A DNA stretch of 63,051 bases, the filler included, from Phoronis australis (Eukaryota > Animalia > Phoronida), in the NCBI GenBank assembly GCA_002633005.1. It is 11 parts of 11 records of this genome, joined end to end, with 100 filler letters (N's around TTAATTAATTAA, not from the genome) between each part and the next. Parts side by side here need not be neighbours in the genome. Positions count along the whole stretch, not along the records: positions 32,372 to 43,869 come from NMRA01001690.1; positions 43,970 to 46,671 come from NMRA01003482.1; positions 46,772 to 49,664 come from NMRA01003340.1; 8 more parts are not named here. One strand, given 5' to 3'. Positions 36,089-49,378 of this stretch are shown in pieces. Under the pieces are notes generated by a model that was not told the origin of the DNA, ran no database searches, and worked only from the letters and a program-made list of their open reading frames with translations. The translations under genes and the position numbers were made by a program. The first letter of the stretch is position 1. The number at the start of each line of letters is the position of its first letter.

Positions 36089-39000
36089 ATGGAGTACGAT
36101 GAATTCATCAGCAAATATGTCGGTCACTCAAACCGTTACCAGGTGGGAATTTTTATGCTCATTGCGCTCGTGCCTTTGCTTCAGCCGATGACGAATGTGA
36201 TCCTGGTTTTTGTAGCCGCCATACCGGACCACTGGTGCACAGCGCCACCTGTGTTGGCAAATTTCTCTGTTCAGACAGCAAAGGCGTTATCGATACCTTT
36301 CAAAGTACGTAGCTTACACATACATTTAGCTTTATAATCCAGGTTGATCAACTCCACTTAATTGAGGATTTCCTGATTTGTTGAACTTAAAGGGGCTTCG
36401 TCGATGTTGAACAAACCTGACCAAAAAGCTTGGGGCTTAAACGCAATGCACAATTTAGGAAGTGACAGGCAAAGTGCACCCGCAGCATTTTCGATTTCAC
36501 AATTTTCGGGNTTCCTATCTAAAATAAGTATAAAGGGGTTTTAACTAGTTAGACATGACTCTGAGAGTGACAAAAAATCGAATAAAAGTTTTTATTGTAA
36601 TTCGTTTTTTTAAAATATCGTATTTTTTAATTTTCAATTATCCAATTTTACCTCAATTTTTTTCAAAATGAACAGGGGTTATTACCAACTGTTTCCTTAC
36701 GCAATATTCTACTTCTCCATACCAAATATATATTGATTTTGTGGCATTTTTTGCGTGAGAGTTGTGGCAAGCACGCCATTTTCTGTCATTCCGTCCCTTT
36801 CCGTCTAATAAGTATAAATCTGGTCCATGTATCAAAAAAAGAGGCACGCGATTTTACTTCAGTTATAGCGGATTTCAAATTTGTAAATTTCGTAAAATTT
36901 GACCCACGTGTTGCTGAAAAATAGGCTCGAGAATCTTCTCACTACCCTGAAATCACGAGCCGAGAAAGACGGCTTTGAAGTTAAGCGGGCATCGATTGCC
37001 ACTTGAGGTCAAAATTCGTTCAGAATAGGCGGTCATCACCTTCGAATTTTTGTTGATGAACTAGAAATAAAGCTGATATTTACTTCATGTTTAGAAAATA
37101 TGACATACATGTTTGTTTACAAGGTAATTTTGATCATTTTTGCGAACTTGTGAAGCACAAAAGACGACCAAAACTCTGGCTGACAAGTGGGCGGAGCTTA
37201 GCGTTGAGCTATTGTCTGCTAGCTGTGCTGACCACACATCATTAAAACTTGTGTTGATTGTTTATGTGATTCATCTGAACTCTCCACTCAGTGTCGTAAA
37301 AGACTCTCTAACTATATTAAATAGACCTATTTGTTAGTTCTCCAATACTATAAGTAGATACCGTCTCTTTATCAACTAATATATGTTATATCAAATCCCT
37401 GCGTTACTGTCTACATAACAATATTGGCGACGAGGACAAAGATCTACTTTCATCGTAATGGTTCAACCTTTTCACGTGCCTGTACCACCAACATTTTGAC
37501 TGAATGGACTTTGGGATAAGAAAATAGCACTTTTTGCTCAAATAGCGTCGCTTAGGTGAGATTCTCAAAATATACCGGAGTATTTTGAGCACTGGGTCAT
37601 TTCTTTAATTGTTTGGGTTACGGCGGGCGGCAAGTTCAAAAATCCGCTGAATTTGTCAGCCTAGTTTCTGCACGCGCCTGGCCTAAAGGTATTGGTGCAG
37701 GGGTTTCGAATGTTTGGGTTTGTGGACCTTACTGCAAAAAAGGTTTTGGTCAAGGCCTATGCATTGTGCATTCGNGCCCCACTTTGCGCGTGCGTATGCT
37801 AGTCAGCAATTAGCACCCCGGACTGCCTGAAGAACTTTAGGGGGTCCATGACTCCCCCCTAAGTCCACCACTGGGCTCGGAAAAAGGAGTTCACCATTTT
37901 ACCACCAACTTTCACGTGGTCAAAACAGACTTATTTTATTCTTGGTCTCGCTACAACATCTACATCAGCTTATACAACACTCTGGATTGCCCGGTTAGGC
38001 AATGTTTGTTGACAGGATTAGATTAGAACTGAGATATTGGTATCGTATAAGCTCCGCCCCACTTGTCAGTCCCTGAGCTGGTGAGCCGTCAAGCCATATG
38101 ACTTACTGAAGCTTGGTCAAATATAATTATTAAACAACTTTGGATTTTCAAAATGATTTTATTTTTCTTCACTATTCTGTACATCAATAATTAAAGATTA
38201 GAATAACATAAACATGTAAAAAACAGTCAAAATTATTTTTTTTGTGTATCCACCTGCCTTAGTCACTGACGGGTTCGATGTCCTTGTTCCTAACAGATAT
38301 TGAACCCTATCACCGCAAAGACTACCACCATGAGACCGATTTTGTCGTATCAAGTGGCTTAGTAATTCAATTTCGTTTCGCTTTACCTGATGGCATTTAG
38401 TGTCAGTGTCTCCTTTGCTCATGTAAACGGCATTCAATACAAGCTTTAAAACAGTTTAATTTTAACACGGGGAATTTTTCAATACATTGAAGTCAGTTTC
38501 CCTAATTTTAGTAACTTCATTGTTTAGGAGAGTTAATTCCCCTAATGTGTGTTGGACACTTAGGGGGGCCCGAATTTTTCTAACCAGTGTTATCCTTTGA
38601 ATCACTGGCACCAAACAAGTTCTTAAAATCCTGGACACTTGATAGCAACTATAACCGTTGAATGATTGCTTTTGAGGCAAGATTTGACATAGCAAACTAG
38701 ATTTACTCAAGTTTGTAGATGTCAATTTAACCATGAGCTAGTTATCGCTATCTGTGCCTATGGATGCAGTTTGAAAATAAAACCATTTTACCAACCTCAT
38801 AAATTTGTGTAATGTTTGCCCTGTGATTCCACCTAATTATCTTAAATCTTGGTACATATTAATGTTCGATTCCCACCTCTGTAAGTTGTTATGTCCGTGG
38901 ATGTGTTTGTGTGAATATTTGATTGAAGGCTTTCGACTGACAAAACTCATCCTGCGTTCTCAACTGGTAAAGAAAAGGGCATCTTCAGTGTTGAAAATAC

Positions 39001-39229
39001 TTCTGAATTTTGGGTATAAACCTTGTGTGTACCCCAACTATTTCAGAATGGCAAATACGAACAATGCGAGATGTACAACCTGTCAAGCTTCACCTCATTA
39101 TTTCCTATCACGAACAACTGGAATGTGACGCTGGAAGGACTTGGCCTCAACAGATCAGAGCTATCAACCGTTGCCTGCACATCTTGGACTTTCGATACAA
39201 CCGAATACCCCGAGACAATTGTCACCAAG
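36089..39229 (+). CDS. SLC22-family organic cation/anion transporter (Orct-like), first two exons 36089-36304 and 39047-39229
   Basis: MEYDEFISKYVGHSNRYQ...VFVAAIPDHWC...SIPFK|NGKYEQCEMYN...VACTSWTFDTTEYPETIVTK: the SLC22 N-terminus, TM1 and Cys-containing extracellular loop; phase 0 GT-AG intron. Confidence 0.9.
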
Positions 39230-39793
39230 GTACAGTAGCTGTCTCATTGATTTTAACTACCGAATTTATTTTCTAAATGTGTTACGTTTGATACATCCTT
39301 GTACAAGGTTGCATTCCGTAGACCAAGACAAGCGCAAGAAACGTTATTGCGATCACTTGATTTGCCTTTAACGCATGGCGATATTTCGCGAAGAGTTGCG
39401 TGATCTCGCGTTTAGGCTAGCTGTCTTGCATCTACAGAACGCAACCCAGGGATATGTTTTACGCTCCACACTACTATTTCGGAAAAAGAGTCAAATCTCA
39501 CTTGAGCAAAATATAAAGTTTGTGAGAATATACACATAACTGCTAGTTACTAAGAGTTCGATTATTCACCAATCGTGTAGTGGGAGCGTAAGACAAAATA
39601 TCATGAAACAGACATTGTAAGTCAATTCATTTATGCTTCATTTCAATCTCACTGTAGTACATGTATACAATACAATATCGGCACAACTGTGATAGACGTG
39701 ATATCATATCAGAAAAATTATTCAAACAAAAACTCTACCAATTTTGTTCACGCGTTTTTCCGTTAGACATAATTGACACCATACATGTAGATT

Positions 39794-40157
39794 ATAGACA
39801 ACTTGTTCGCAATTCTGACATTTTCTTGCGTACTATCCTAGAGGAGGTGCGACTACTATTTTCAGTTTCGGGTTAGTGTATTGTGACGGGAAATTCTCCC
39901 ATCTATTTTGCTGTCCATTACAACAAAAAAAAAAATATTTCGGCATTGAAACGCTGTTCAAAGTCTTTGAATAATATAACTATTGCTTTCGTGAGTGCCT
40001 TTGGCACCCAACCACACAACAGTCGACCATGATTAGCAGACGTTCTAGTCGCTAGTGAATCAGCAATGACGTCACGGCTTATGCGTAAGATCACAGATTT
40101 CGTCCATTGAAAATATACGGAGTTGTCGGTTCATGTAATATACACCATGTAGTCTAT
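39794..40157. mobile_element. MITE with TIR ATAGAC(A/T)AC
   Basis: ATAGACAACTTG ... CATGTAGTCTAT; homologous to 17781-18200. Confidence 0.7.
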
Positions 40158-40170
40158 GGTGACACGTTAT

Positions 40171-43100
40171 AGGGGAGTTGCAACGCCGCCATATTGGAAA
40201 TGGGTCAGAATGTTGCATTGTGGTTACAATGGTAAACTTCAGTAAACAAGTATGTTGGCAACCGTGCGGGCGAACGGGCTACGGGGAGGTTATACGTGTT
40301 GTGTGCCTGGCTGCTATAATAACACTAAGCGAGATAAAGAATTTAGTTATCATCGATTTCCCAAGGACCAAGAACTGTGTAAAAAATGGCTCAAAAACAT
40401 CGGTAGAGCTGGAAGCAAAGGGCGATTTAGTGAATTCGTTCCGACTACCGGGCATAGGGTATGTAGCGCTCATTTTGAGGGCGGGAAAAAAACGTATCTT
40501 GGTAACTGTCCTACTATATTTCCCTTGAAAGTAACAGCAACAAGTACTCCACGGCGGAGGGTAGTGAAGAAAAACTCGATTTCGCTTGACCAGAACTCAG
40601 CTGATGTGAGCAATTTTGAGGACGATTTTGTGTTGGTTCAAGAATGTGAAAGTCAACTGGACAGCACATCGGCTTCCGCCTACCTAGATTATGATCACAG
40701 CTACTGTTTACCGGATGACAGCGAAAGCACTTTGATAAATTGTGTAAGGAAAAAGGATGAAATTATCGAGAGCATGGGCTCAAGAATTAGTGAACTAGAG
40801 GAAGAGCTGTCAAAGGTTAAGAATGAGTGTTCTGCATATAAACAAGAGCTACTCACAACTAGAAAATTTGGTCTAGAAATGAGGAAGTGGCAAAGGAAAT
40901 ATCGACTGGCAAAATTGGAGTTAGAAAAGAACAAACATAAACTACAATCCCATGTATTTGGCTTGGATGGAATAAGAAACAAACCTGGGGCAATACATTT
41001 TTACACCGGCTTCAATGATTATAATCATTTCATGGTCTTGTACAAGTTTTTACAGGAAGACATAAAACATTTAATTTATTGGGGATCATCACTCAAGAAC
41101 CCAGACAACCCTGGTCCTCGAAAAAGAGCGCTTTCACCTCAAGATGAACTGTTCATGGTTTTGTGCCGGTTGAGAGTTGGATTGCTGGAGAAAGATCTTG
41201 CATACAGGTAATTAAACGAAATATTAAATTCTAGCTCAAGGTCAATTTGATGATGCACAATATTAATTGGACATTATCATTACAGGCATATGAAAACACC
41301 TCATTTCAATTGAGTGACTTTGTATGGAAGGCTTGGCATTCCAATTTTTTGTTATGCAGTGTCTGTTATTTTCTTGTGACACTGGCGTTACTTTTCGATA
41401 CTATCACTATTGCTAAGACTTGAACAAAGTATCTTCTTCAACCAGCCATCATTTGGTGATGTGGTGGTAATAATCCATTGGTCTATTCACACCAAATTCA
41501 TAGGCCATTGACATTGCCACAACATTTCGGCTAGTAATTTCTACAGCCATTGTCAAGTCACAGTGGCAGATCTAGGATATCGTAAGGGGGGCAACATTAT
41601 GTCTCTGGCAAGGCAAGGTTGCATGCAAGCTTCCAGTAGGGGGCTCGAATTTCGGAGAATGTGGTCCTTTACTAACAAAAGAAAAACGGGAAACTGGACC
41701 AACTAAGCCTGCATACTTTGTTAAATCTTGTTTCAACCACATGTTTGTTACTGGGGTTCATTAATCTCAATATTTCCTCACGCCTTTGCTGTTTTTTTTT
41801 GCGGCAGCCAGGGGGGGGGCCGCCCCCCTCCCAATTCCGCCTATTAGTCAGTGTTAGTGTTCTCAGAGCAAGCATGGGTAAATGGTATCCTCAGGTGACC
41901 TATGATGACAACTTCCTGTGCAAAGTAAACATAAAAAATTACTTTTTGCTGACCATAAGTGCACCATACACCTATGCTTTTTCTTCAAAGAATGCTGCAA
42001 CACCTGGACATGGCTATATTAGCAGCAAATAAATCGTGTCAATATAAATAATAGTAGGCTAAATGATGATGTAAATACACTAATACATTTTTAAAACCAT
42101 GTTAACTTAAAAATATTTCTTAAAACCTTTCCAGGTTTTCTATCAACTCATCAACAGTTTCGCGTATTTGCAAGACATACTTCGATTTGCTGCACCGTCG
42201 CTTCCGTGAGATACCCATATGGTTACCCAAAGACATTACAGATGAGTATATGCCGGAGTGTTTCAAACAGGAATATCCCAGTACACGTGTTATTCTTGAC
42301 TGCACTGAGATATATATCGAAACACCTTCTCATTTTCGTGTACAATCAGAAACGTACAGCTCATATAAGAGCCACAACACTGCCAAAGGACTTATTGGCA
42401 TTTCCCCAAATGGGTTCATCACTCACATAAGTGACTTGGCTCCTGGAAGGGCATCTGACAAGGAAGTCACAGAAAAAAGCGGGTTAATCGAAGGTCTCGA
42501 GTCAGGAGACTCGGTCATGGCTGACCGAGGTTTTTTAATCGATGGGTATTTAGCTCAAAAACAAGTAAAGCTTAATATACCTCCATTCTTAAATGGCAAA
42601 GACCAGTTGTCAGTCAGCGAGGAGGACGAAACCAGACGAATTGCCAGACTACGCATCCATGTGGAGAGGGTAATCGAAAGAATCAAGAATTACAGAATAC
42701 TGCAATATGTTTTTCCTAATAGCATGGCTTCGGAACTGAACAAAATATGGGTTATATGTAGTTACCTGGTAAACTTCACAAATGAAGGGATAGTTGGTAC
42801 CTGATATGGCACCTGATCTGACTATAATGGAAAACATCGGTGTTCAACCACTCACTGACATGTATTTTTTCACTTTTCAAAAATTAATATTAAAATCAAT
42901 AAACATCCACATTTATCTACTGTAGTCTTTCTAGTACCTCTTTATGAAAACCAGTATGTTGGTTAACTTGTGATTGGTCCATTTGCTTAAAGTGATATTT
43001 GCATGCAAACCACTTGTCTGTAGTTCGAAGCAATGAGTGTTAAACAGTAAACAGGCTGAAAGATGATGCAAGGAACGTCATTAGACAAAAGCTGCTTTTT

Positions 43101-43869
43101 ATGAACCTTTGTTTTTGAGTTTATAAATGTACATCAGAAGGGTCAATTTACAAGTTCCAGTGACAATATTGTAACGCAGGAGCATCTCAAAGTAATTTGG
43201 TTTTCGGAAAAACGATATATTTATACGTTTAATCCTGTAGGTGAACTAGATCACAAAACTTATATAAACAGAGTTAACACCACAGCATTAAGAGCAAACG
43301 GTCTGTTTATTATATACAGGTTTAACACAAATATATCTCATATTGCCAGTTTCTTTATATCCCTTACAAGTTTAGCGAATACAGACGCTGGCACAGAAAA
43401 GTGACTAGAAAATGATAAATGTGATGCCGAGGTTACAACTAGCGAAAATATTCCTGTTTCCACAACATTTTGTGGAGGAAATATGAGCTTAACTTTAAAA
43501 CAAATGCAAAGTCGGATTTCCCTGAATGTTGTCGAAATCTGTCACATTCCCAAAAAGTCCTCATAGGGTTAACAAGATACAACCGCTGATGCAAAAAAAT
43601 TCAAGGCAGCAAAGTCAATAGACCCTTCAAAAAAACAAAAAAAGGCCATGTTATTCTCAGCAAAAATACACCAGTTAATTTTCAGTGATCCTACAAGCAG
43701 TTTGACCACAAAGAAGCAGGTCCTAAAATGAATACAAAAACAATGAAATTGGAAATATGTGGCACACAAGTGCACTTGTAATACATAAGCTCCATCCTCA
43801 ACATCTGTACTTGTACTTCTCAGAGTTCGGATACAATTTTGCACCATCCCTTACTCTGTTGGTCAGCAA
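40171..43869 (+). mobile_element. ISL2EU/Harbinger-type DNA transposon in the SLC22 intron (right end not identified before the linker)
   Basis: Candidate left end AT|AGGGGAGTTGCAACGCCGCCATATTGG, 81 bp upstream of the transposase ATG. Confidence 0.6.
40252..42804 (+). CDS. THAP + HTH_Tnp_4 + DDE_Tnp_4 transposase (ISL2EU/PIF-Harbinger type), 2 exons 40252-41207 and 42135-42804, 541 aa, no stops
   Basis: THAP CCVPGC...HRFP...W...VCSAHF...PTIF; coiled coil; FYTG; the splice restores DLAYR|FSINSSTVSRI; catalytic LDCTE, MADRGF and RIHVERVI. Confidence 0.93.
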
Positions 43870-45002
43870 NNNNNNNNNNNNNNNNNNNNNNNNNNNNNNN
43901 NNNNNNNNNNNNNTTAATTAATTAANNNNNNNNNNNNNNNNNNNNNNNNNNNNNNNNNNNNNNNNNNNNATCATAGGGATGTCATAGCAAAAGCTAATTA
44001 AAACATAAATCTACATGGCTCATCTGTGCTGGTTGGATTCATACTTTGGCTTCCCAGCATAGACAGATGACAGTTTTCTGTTCTCCCGTAGAAGTGACAA
44101 TAGTCCAGTGCAATTTATTTCCCTTCACAGCATAATAATACTCATGTAAGCAGCTGCATTGACTGCACCTGTCCAATAATTGCCAAAACTCACCCTTTTT
44201 AATTTTCAAGGCATTCTAACTTCATTTTGAAGCCCCACAAGTTTTCAAAATGTTGTCTATTGGTAACTATGGTACAGAGCATGAGTTAGTGGAAAGAGAA
44301 AACAAGATTTGACTTGAGTGCCACCTTGTGTCCTAAACTGGTGACACTTTACCACAGCTAAACCAAAGCGCTATTGAAGCAATGTTAAGAAATGTTCACT
44401 TGGAAACAATAATATATTAGAGAATGAAAGAGTTTGAAATGCATTGAACAAGTTACAGATTGCTAATTCCCAGTTTCAATTCAAAAAAATGGAAATAAAA
44501 CAAGTTAAACGCCAAGTGGCATAATGCCATAGTTTGAAAATTCACTTAGATCCGTCAAGCTGCTTGTAATTTTATTCACACCCATATTCAGACCAAAATA
44601 CAGAAAATATGCCACTAGGACCGCAGCTTTTGATCTATGGAAATGGAAAATCCCACTTTCATTTTTATCAAGACAATTTCAGAAATATTTAATAAGAATT
44701 TTTCGTGTGAATAAATTTAAATTTCCCATAATTTGAAAACAGCACATATTGGAGGTTCTGTGGTCTAGATTGTGAGGGTGCCCAACCACAATTTTGAGAA
44801 CCAGTTTTCTCCACTGAATAACAGGCATCGACTGGTTCTCAAAATGCGGGCACATTATATCAGACTATATCCATTGAACTAATACACATATTATAGTGAC
44901 AACTGCATACCACTGAATAGTGAATCATTTTTCACAATTAATCAGTTTTAACATCCTTTATAATGTGCAGACAACTGGCAACCTTTGCTGGGTAACACTG
45001 AC

Positions 45003-45149
45003 CTTAGTTGCTGTGTCAACTGCTTGTTTAATGAATATTTGTCCAGCTCCTTCATAATGCCTCGCAGCTCTGATCAGGTGGTCGGGGCGAGACAACCAGT
45101 TGCTCCTGGCAACAGTCAAAGCTTCCACTCCAGTTCTGATGTCCTTATT
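45003..45149 (-). CDS. FCSK: L-fucose kinase internal exon
   Basis: tAG...|GTCAGT, 147 nt; [49 protein letters not shown] matches the fucokinase motif [22 protein letters not shown]. Not in the ORF track. Confidence 0.88.
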
Positions 45150-47149
45150 CTACGTACAAAGCAAGAAAATATACGCGTTACATAAAATAAACATTATCCA
45201 AATTTCAAAGAATCCACCTTTGTAGCTTTAAGAAGTCAACTGCTGCAATTATTCTGTACCAATTGATGAACATTTGGATTTTTACTCAGACTATAATATT
45301 CCACCAAATAAAGCTTTTCTTTGATTAATTTTACCTTAAACCCACGTTTTAGTGAAAATGCTTGACCGTGTTTTTGTAATTCTATGACAACCAGATTGAT
45401 TCAAGAACCAATGGTATCAATAAAAGAATTAGAGTTTCCCAAAGCACTGAAATGCAGCAGTGATTACATCACGCACAATGTGATTTTTAAGAGTGTTTCT
45501 TAGTGTCATGCAAGATACCAAAAACAACAAGACGAATGAATACAGAGCATTGAAAAGCTAAAGAAAAGGCTGCACGTTTTTTTTCAAGTATTTCCAAAGT
45601 AGTCCAATCCATCCAAAAATCAACATTAGATGTTGAGGCAGAAGATTTAAAGAAAACTAAATCTGCCAACAGGGGGTGCTACAGAAGCAAAGTTTGAAAA
45701 TTAATGTGGGCCATGTACTCCTCACTAAGAACACACCAGCCAACCAACTCTCAAGATGATTCTTCAAGCAGTTTGCAGAGGCATACACCAACAATCGCAA
45801 AAAACAATTATTATAATAAAAATCGTCACTAGAGGGCAAAAAATTACCAAATCAATCTGACACTGGGCAGGTGCTGTCATTGACTTCGTAGAAGCTTATG
45901 TGCCAAATTTCATGTCTATGAATATCTATTGAAGGAACTTAGAACAAATTGAGGCATAAGAAAAGAAAACCTAAACTGCCACTAGGAAAAGCCATAGAAG
46001 CTAACTTCATCCCAAAATCAATGACAGCCTCAACAGGAACATTTTAAAACAAATTTCAAGGAGGTTCATGAAGGGACTTAGACAAAATCCCCAATAGATA
46101 TTGAGCCATGGGCAAAACAACAAATTGCTACTAGGGGATGCCACAGAAATTGGAAGCGTCACCAAGTCAACGGCATCTTGCTCTTCTGAGAAGAAAGACA
46201 TCTAATACTATTCTGCAAATTTTTAGATTGGTCCTTCATATGGTTTGGCAGATAGTGAATAGGTTGCCAAAACAGGCTCGAAAATAAATAAGTAAAAGCG
46301 ACCACTAGGTGGTGCAGAAACTGAATAATTATATTGAATCCATTCATAAATGAGAAGATGTCAATCACCTCGATCCATAATAGAAACCCATTTCCCAAAT
46401 TTCACAAAGCTCTGCCATGGAACTCCAAAGATACACACTGGCAAACATAAAAGCTAAAATTGCCACTAGCACAGAAGTAGGATGCCTCCAAAAGTTGTCA
46501 TCTGTTTTCAAGAGGATTAGGATATAATGCAGCAGACAACAGATACAGCACACATCACGAATTTTTGGCCGACCGGTCGGAAATTGGTCGACGAGCGGCC
46601 GTCGACCGGTCGTCTAGCCGACCAGCAGCCGACCAACAACGGTCGGCTAGGAGCCGTCTGCTGAGTCGCCTNNNNNNNNNNNNNNNNNNNNNNNNNNNNN
46701 NNNNNNNNNNNNNNNTTAATTAATTAANNNNNNNNNNNNNNNNNNNNNNNNNNNNNNNNNNNNNNNNNNNNCATTTTATCCTTTGTGAATTAGCATGTTG
46801 AAAGGAATTGTGATGCCTTGATGGAGATTTGCATTCACCCACTGATTTACACTTTGCGATTATTCAAAAACCACTGTTACCTCAGAATAAGGACATAAAA
46901 AGGAGTAAAAGATTTTTAAGTTCAGTGATGTGCAGTGATTAAGTAGTGACTTGCAAGCACGTATATTCTTGTATCGAATTGCCATCAGATCTCCAGAGCT
47001 TCAAAAAATTTTTTTTAAAGAATTAAATTGTAGATGCCATAGCACCTGGTCCAGTCGATATGAAAGTATGAGCGAAAAACTGATGACTTCAAAATATTGA
47101 CCACTGGTGATTTTATAACTTCATAATTTGTCCAAACAATAACACTTAC

Positions 47150-49378
47150 GTTCTCTTTTTGAATCCCGTAACTGGAAAGTGTAAAAGTCAAGTAACTCCT
47201 GCAACAGAAAGAAACCTCATGGTAACTAGTCAACAGCTAAATAAAAGAATACGTTAGTGACCCATTGAAATGAGCTGTTCTGATACATCGTGACAGTTTT
47301 TTCTTTGCAGAACAAATGTTCAGTGCCACCTACAGTGAGATCACCTGGCTGCCTCGGGTGAACGGTAGCTGAGCATTTTACTATCGTCGAAGTGAATTGA
47401 ATGAATTAGGTACTAGTCCACCCAATTGTACACACCTTGGTGTATGCTATGTGCTCAGCTAATTTTCGCTTGAGACATCATAGTTCTGTCTGCGCTGAGC
47501 CCAGTCAGACTCATTGAAAGTTAACAACAGATACAAGAAGCCCATGCAAATTTGCCTTCTAACATAATTTAAGACAAAAAGTAACATTTTAATAAAAACG
47601 ACGGATTTAAACCATCTTGACATGTTTTGGCGTTTATTGAAACACCATGAGAGAGAGAGAGAGAAACACTTCTATTTACATTAAGCTTTAATAATACAAT
47701 GATTAAATAAATCGATTTCAATTAGGAGGCCTTCTAAAGGTTATTGACCGCTAATAAGAAGGTCCCCTGTACAAAATAAATAACTAGAAAATCAATGCAA
47801 AAATCAGTAGGAATAGGTGAGGAAGCCATATATGTAACATACTTAAGAAAACAAAGTGAATTAGCACCGAAAACGACCGACACGCCAGAAACCAAGAAGT
47901 GGACTGGCGCAGCTCAGGAGATTTTGGGTATACAATTAGATACGGTTACATATGAAGCAATTGGAAACATGACAAACTGGATCGTAGTTGCTAATAATAA
48001 AATTGGGTAAGAACCTGGAGAATGCTTGCATGATGAGAAGAAAGAACAGTAGCCACCTTGCTAGGCCCAACAGCGAGTAATGATACACAGACACAGTCAG
48101 TTACAGGGGAGTAACAACAGACTAGACTAACAGTGACAACCTGTGGTGTGCCAGTTGCCTATTGAGCCTGGGCTTGCACTAATTGATGTGTTGAGCCTCA
48201 CGAATTTTCAGCTCTTTTGTTGTTTGTGCTTGGTCTATTACAGCAAAGTCATTGAAAAAGCATCGCTCATAACAATGATTGGAGCTCTGCATATGAATAT
48301 TAATATGTGAACGTCTGTCAGAATTTAGAAGTTCCCTGGTTCGGGTTATCAAATGGCGAACACAATTCGCCTACACAACTGGACCACATCCATCACAGAT
48401 AAATTTCTACACTACCCTGGACCGTAGACCCATAGGAATTCTGTTTTTTTTTTCTTCTGATGATGGTGTTTCAATAAACGCCAAAACATGTCAAGGCAGT
48501 TTAAATCCGTCATTTATATTGACATATGCTGCTACTTGCCATGATGGAGAAAAGGTAATAACGAGTAAAACACAAACAATGGTTCACATGAAAAGGTTTC
48601 AAAAAAGCAAGCATGATTTGGCACTTACCATGATTACAAATAAACAGATGTTTGGCACTATCCCACAACTAAACAGTAAAGCAGAAATGTTCTAATATAC
48701 ATGGCACTGCAGCAGGCCTTCTCCACATTGGTTTTATAATTATAAATGGATCATGACAAATAAATAAAAATGATATGCCCCCACCATATTCTTATAGCAG
48801 TGGATCTTAATGTTTTCCATCCGCTAATTAAACACAATAATGTATGCAAGAACATAGCGAAATGTAGCGAGTATGTCACTTTAGTATGTGACAAAGTAAA
48901 TTATTCATCTTATCAACACTACACATCCAAAATAACTGGACAAAATGGCATGGAATTACCCATCATGATGACAGACCACAAGCAGAACTCCCCGTCATGA
49001 TAGAAACGGTTGAGCGCAGGTGGAATTCACCATCAGAATGGCTAGTCCTGATGGGTCACTACTAACTGCCACAACTGAGAAATGGAATTTTGTCCAATTA
49101 TTCTGGCATTTCTTGTAACTAGAAGAAAAGAGTCCAGTTGGGAATGAATACCTAAAATTAGGAAAAGTTGCATACTTCTTTGATTCTGATACACAGTTAA
49201 ACGACAAACAATTATTCTTTAACATTACCCTTTCTCGCCTCTTTTTCTTCTCCCTATTCAATATTCTCTGTTCATGCGCCTCTGTCCGAGGGATCCCTTT
49301 ATTTTTCCCATGCCGAGTCACTGTGACCCAGCCTTCATCATCAGCCACTCCCTCCAGCTCCTTGGCCCTTCGCTTTTC
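47150..49378 (-). CDS. RRP7A: Ribosomal RNA-processing protein 7A, two internal exons 49378-49229 and 47198-47150
   Basis: EKRRAKELEGVADDEGWVTVTRHG...EKKKRRER|ELLDFYTFQLRDSKRE, the RRP7 C-terminal domain; phase 0 GT-AG intron. Confidence 0.92.
47573..48540. mobile_element. Element bounded by about 75-bp inverted repeats containing a hammerhead-like motif (Penelope pLTR-like), in the RRP7A intron
   Basis: 47573-47648 is the reverse complement of 48463-48540. The right copy reads cuu-CUGAUGA-U-GGUGUUU(CAAU)AAACGCC-AAAAC-AU-GUC-aag. Confidence 0.6.

Noticed and set aside
43569-43869. YqaJ exonuclease partner of the ISL2EU-type transposase
   Set aside because: No recognisable YqaJ motifs (SPDG, EIKCP, YY.Q.Q.Q) in the minus-strand frames I read before the linker.
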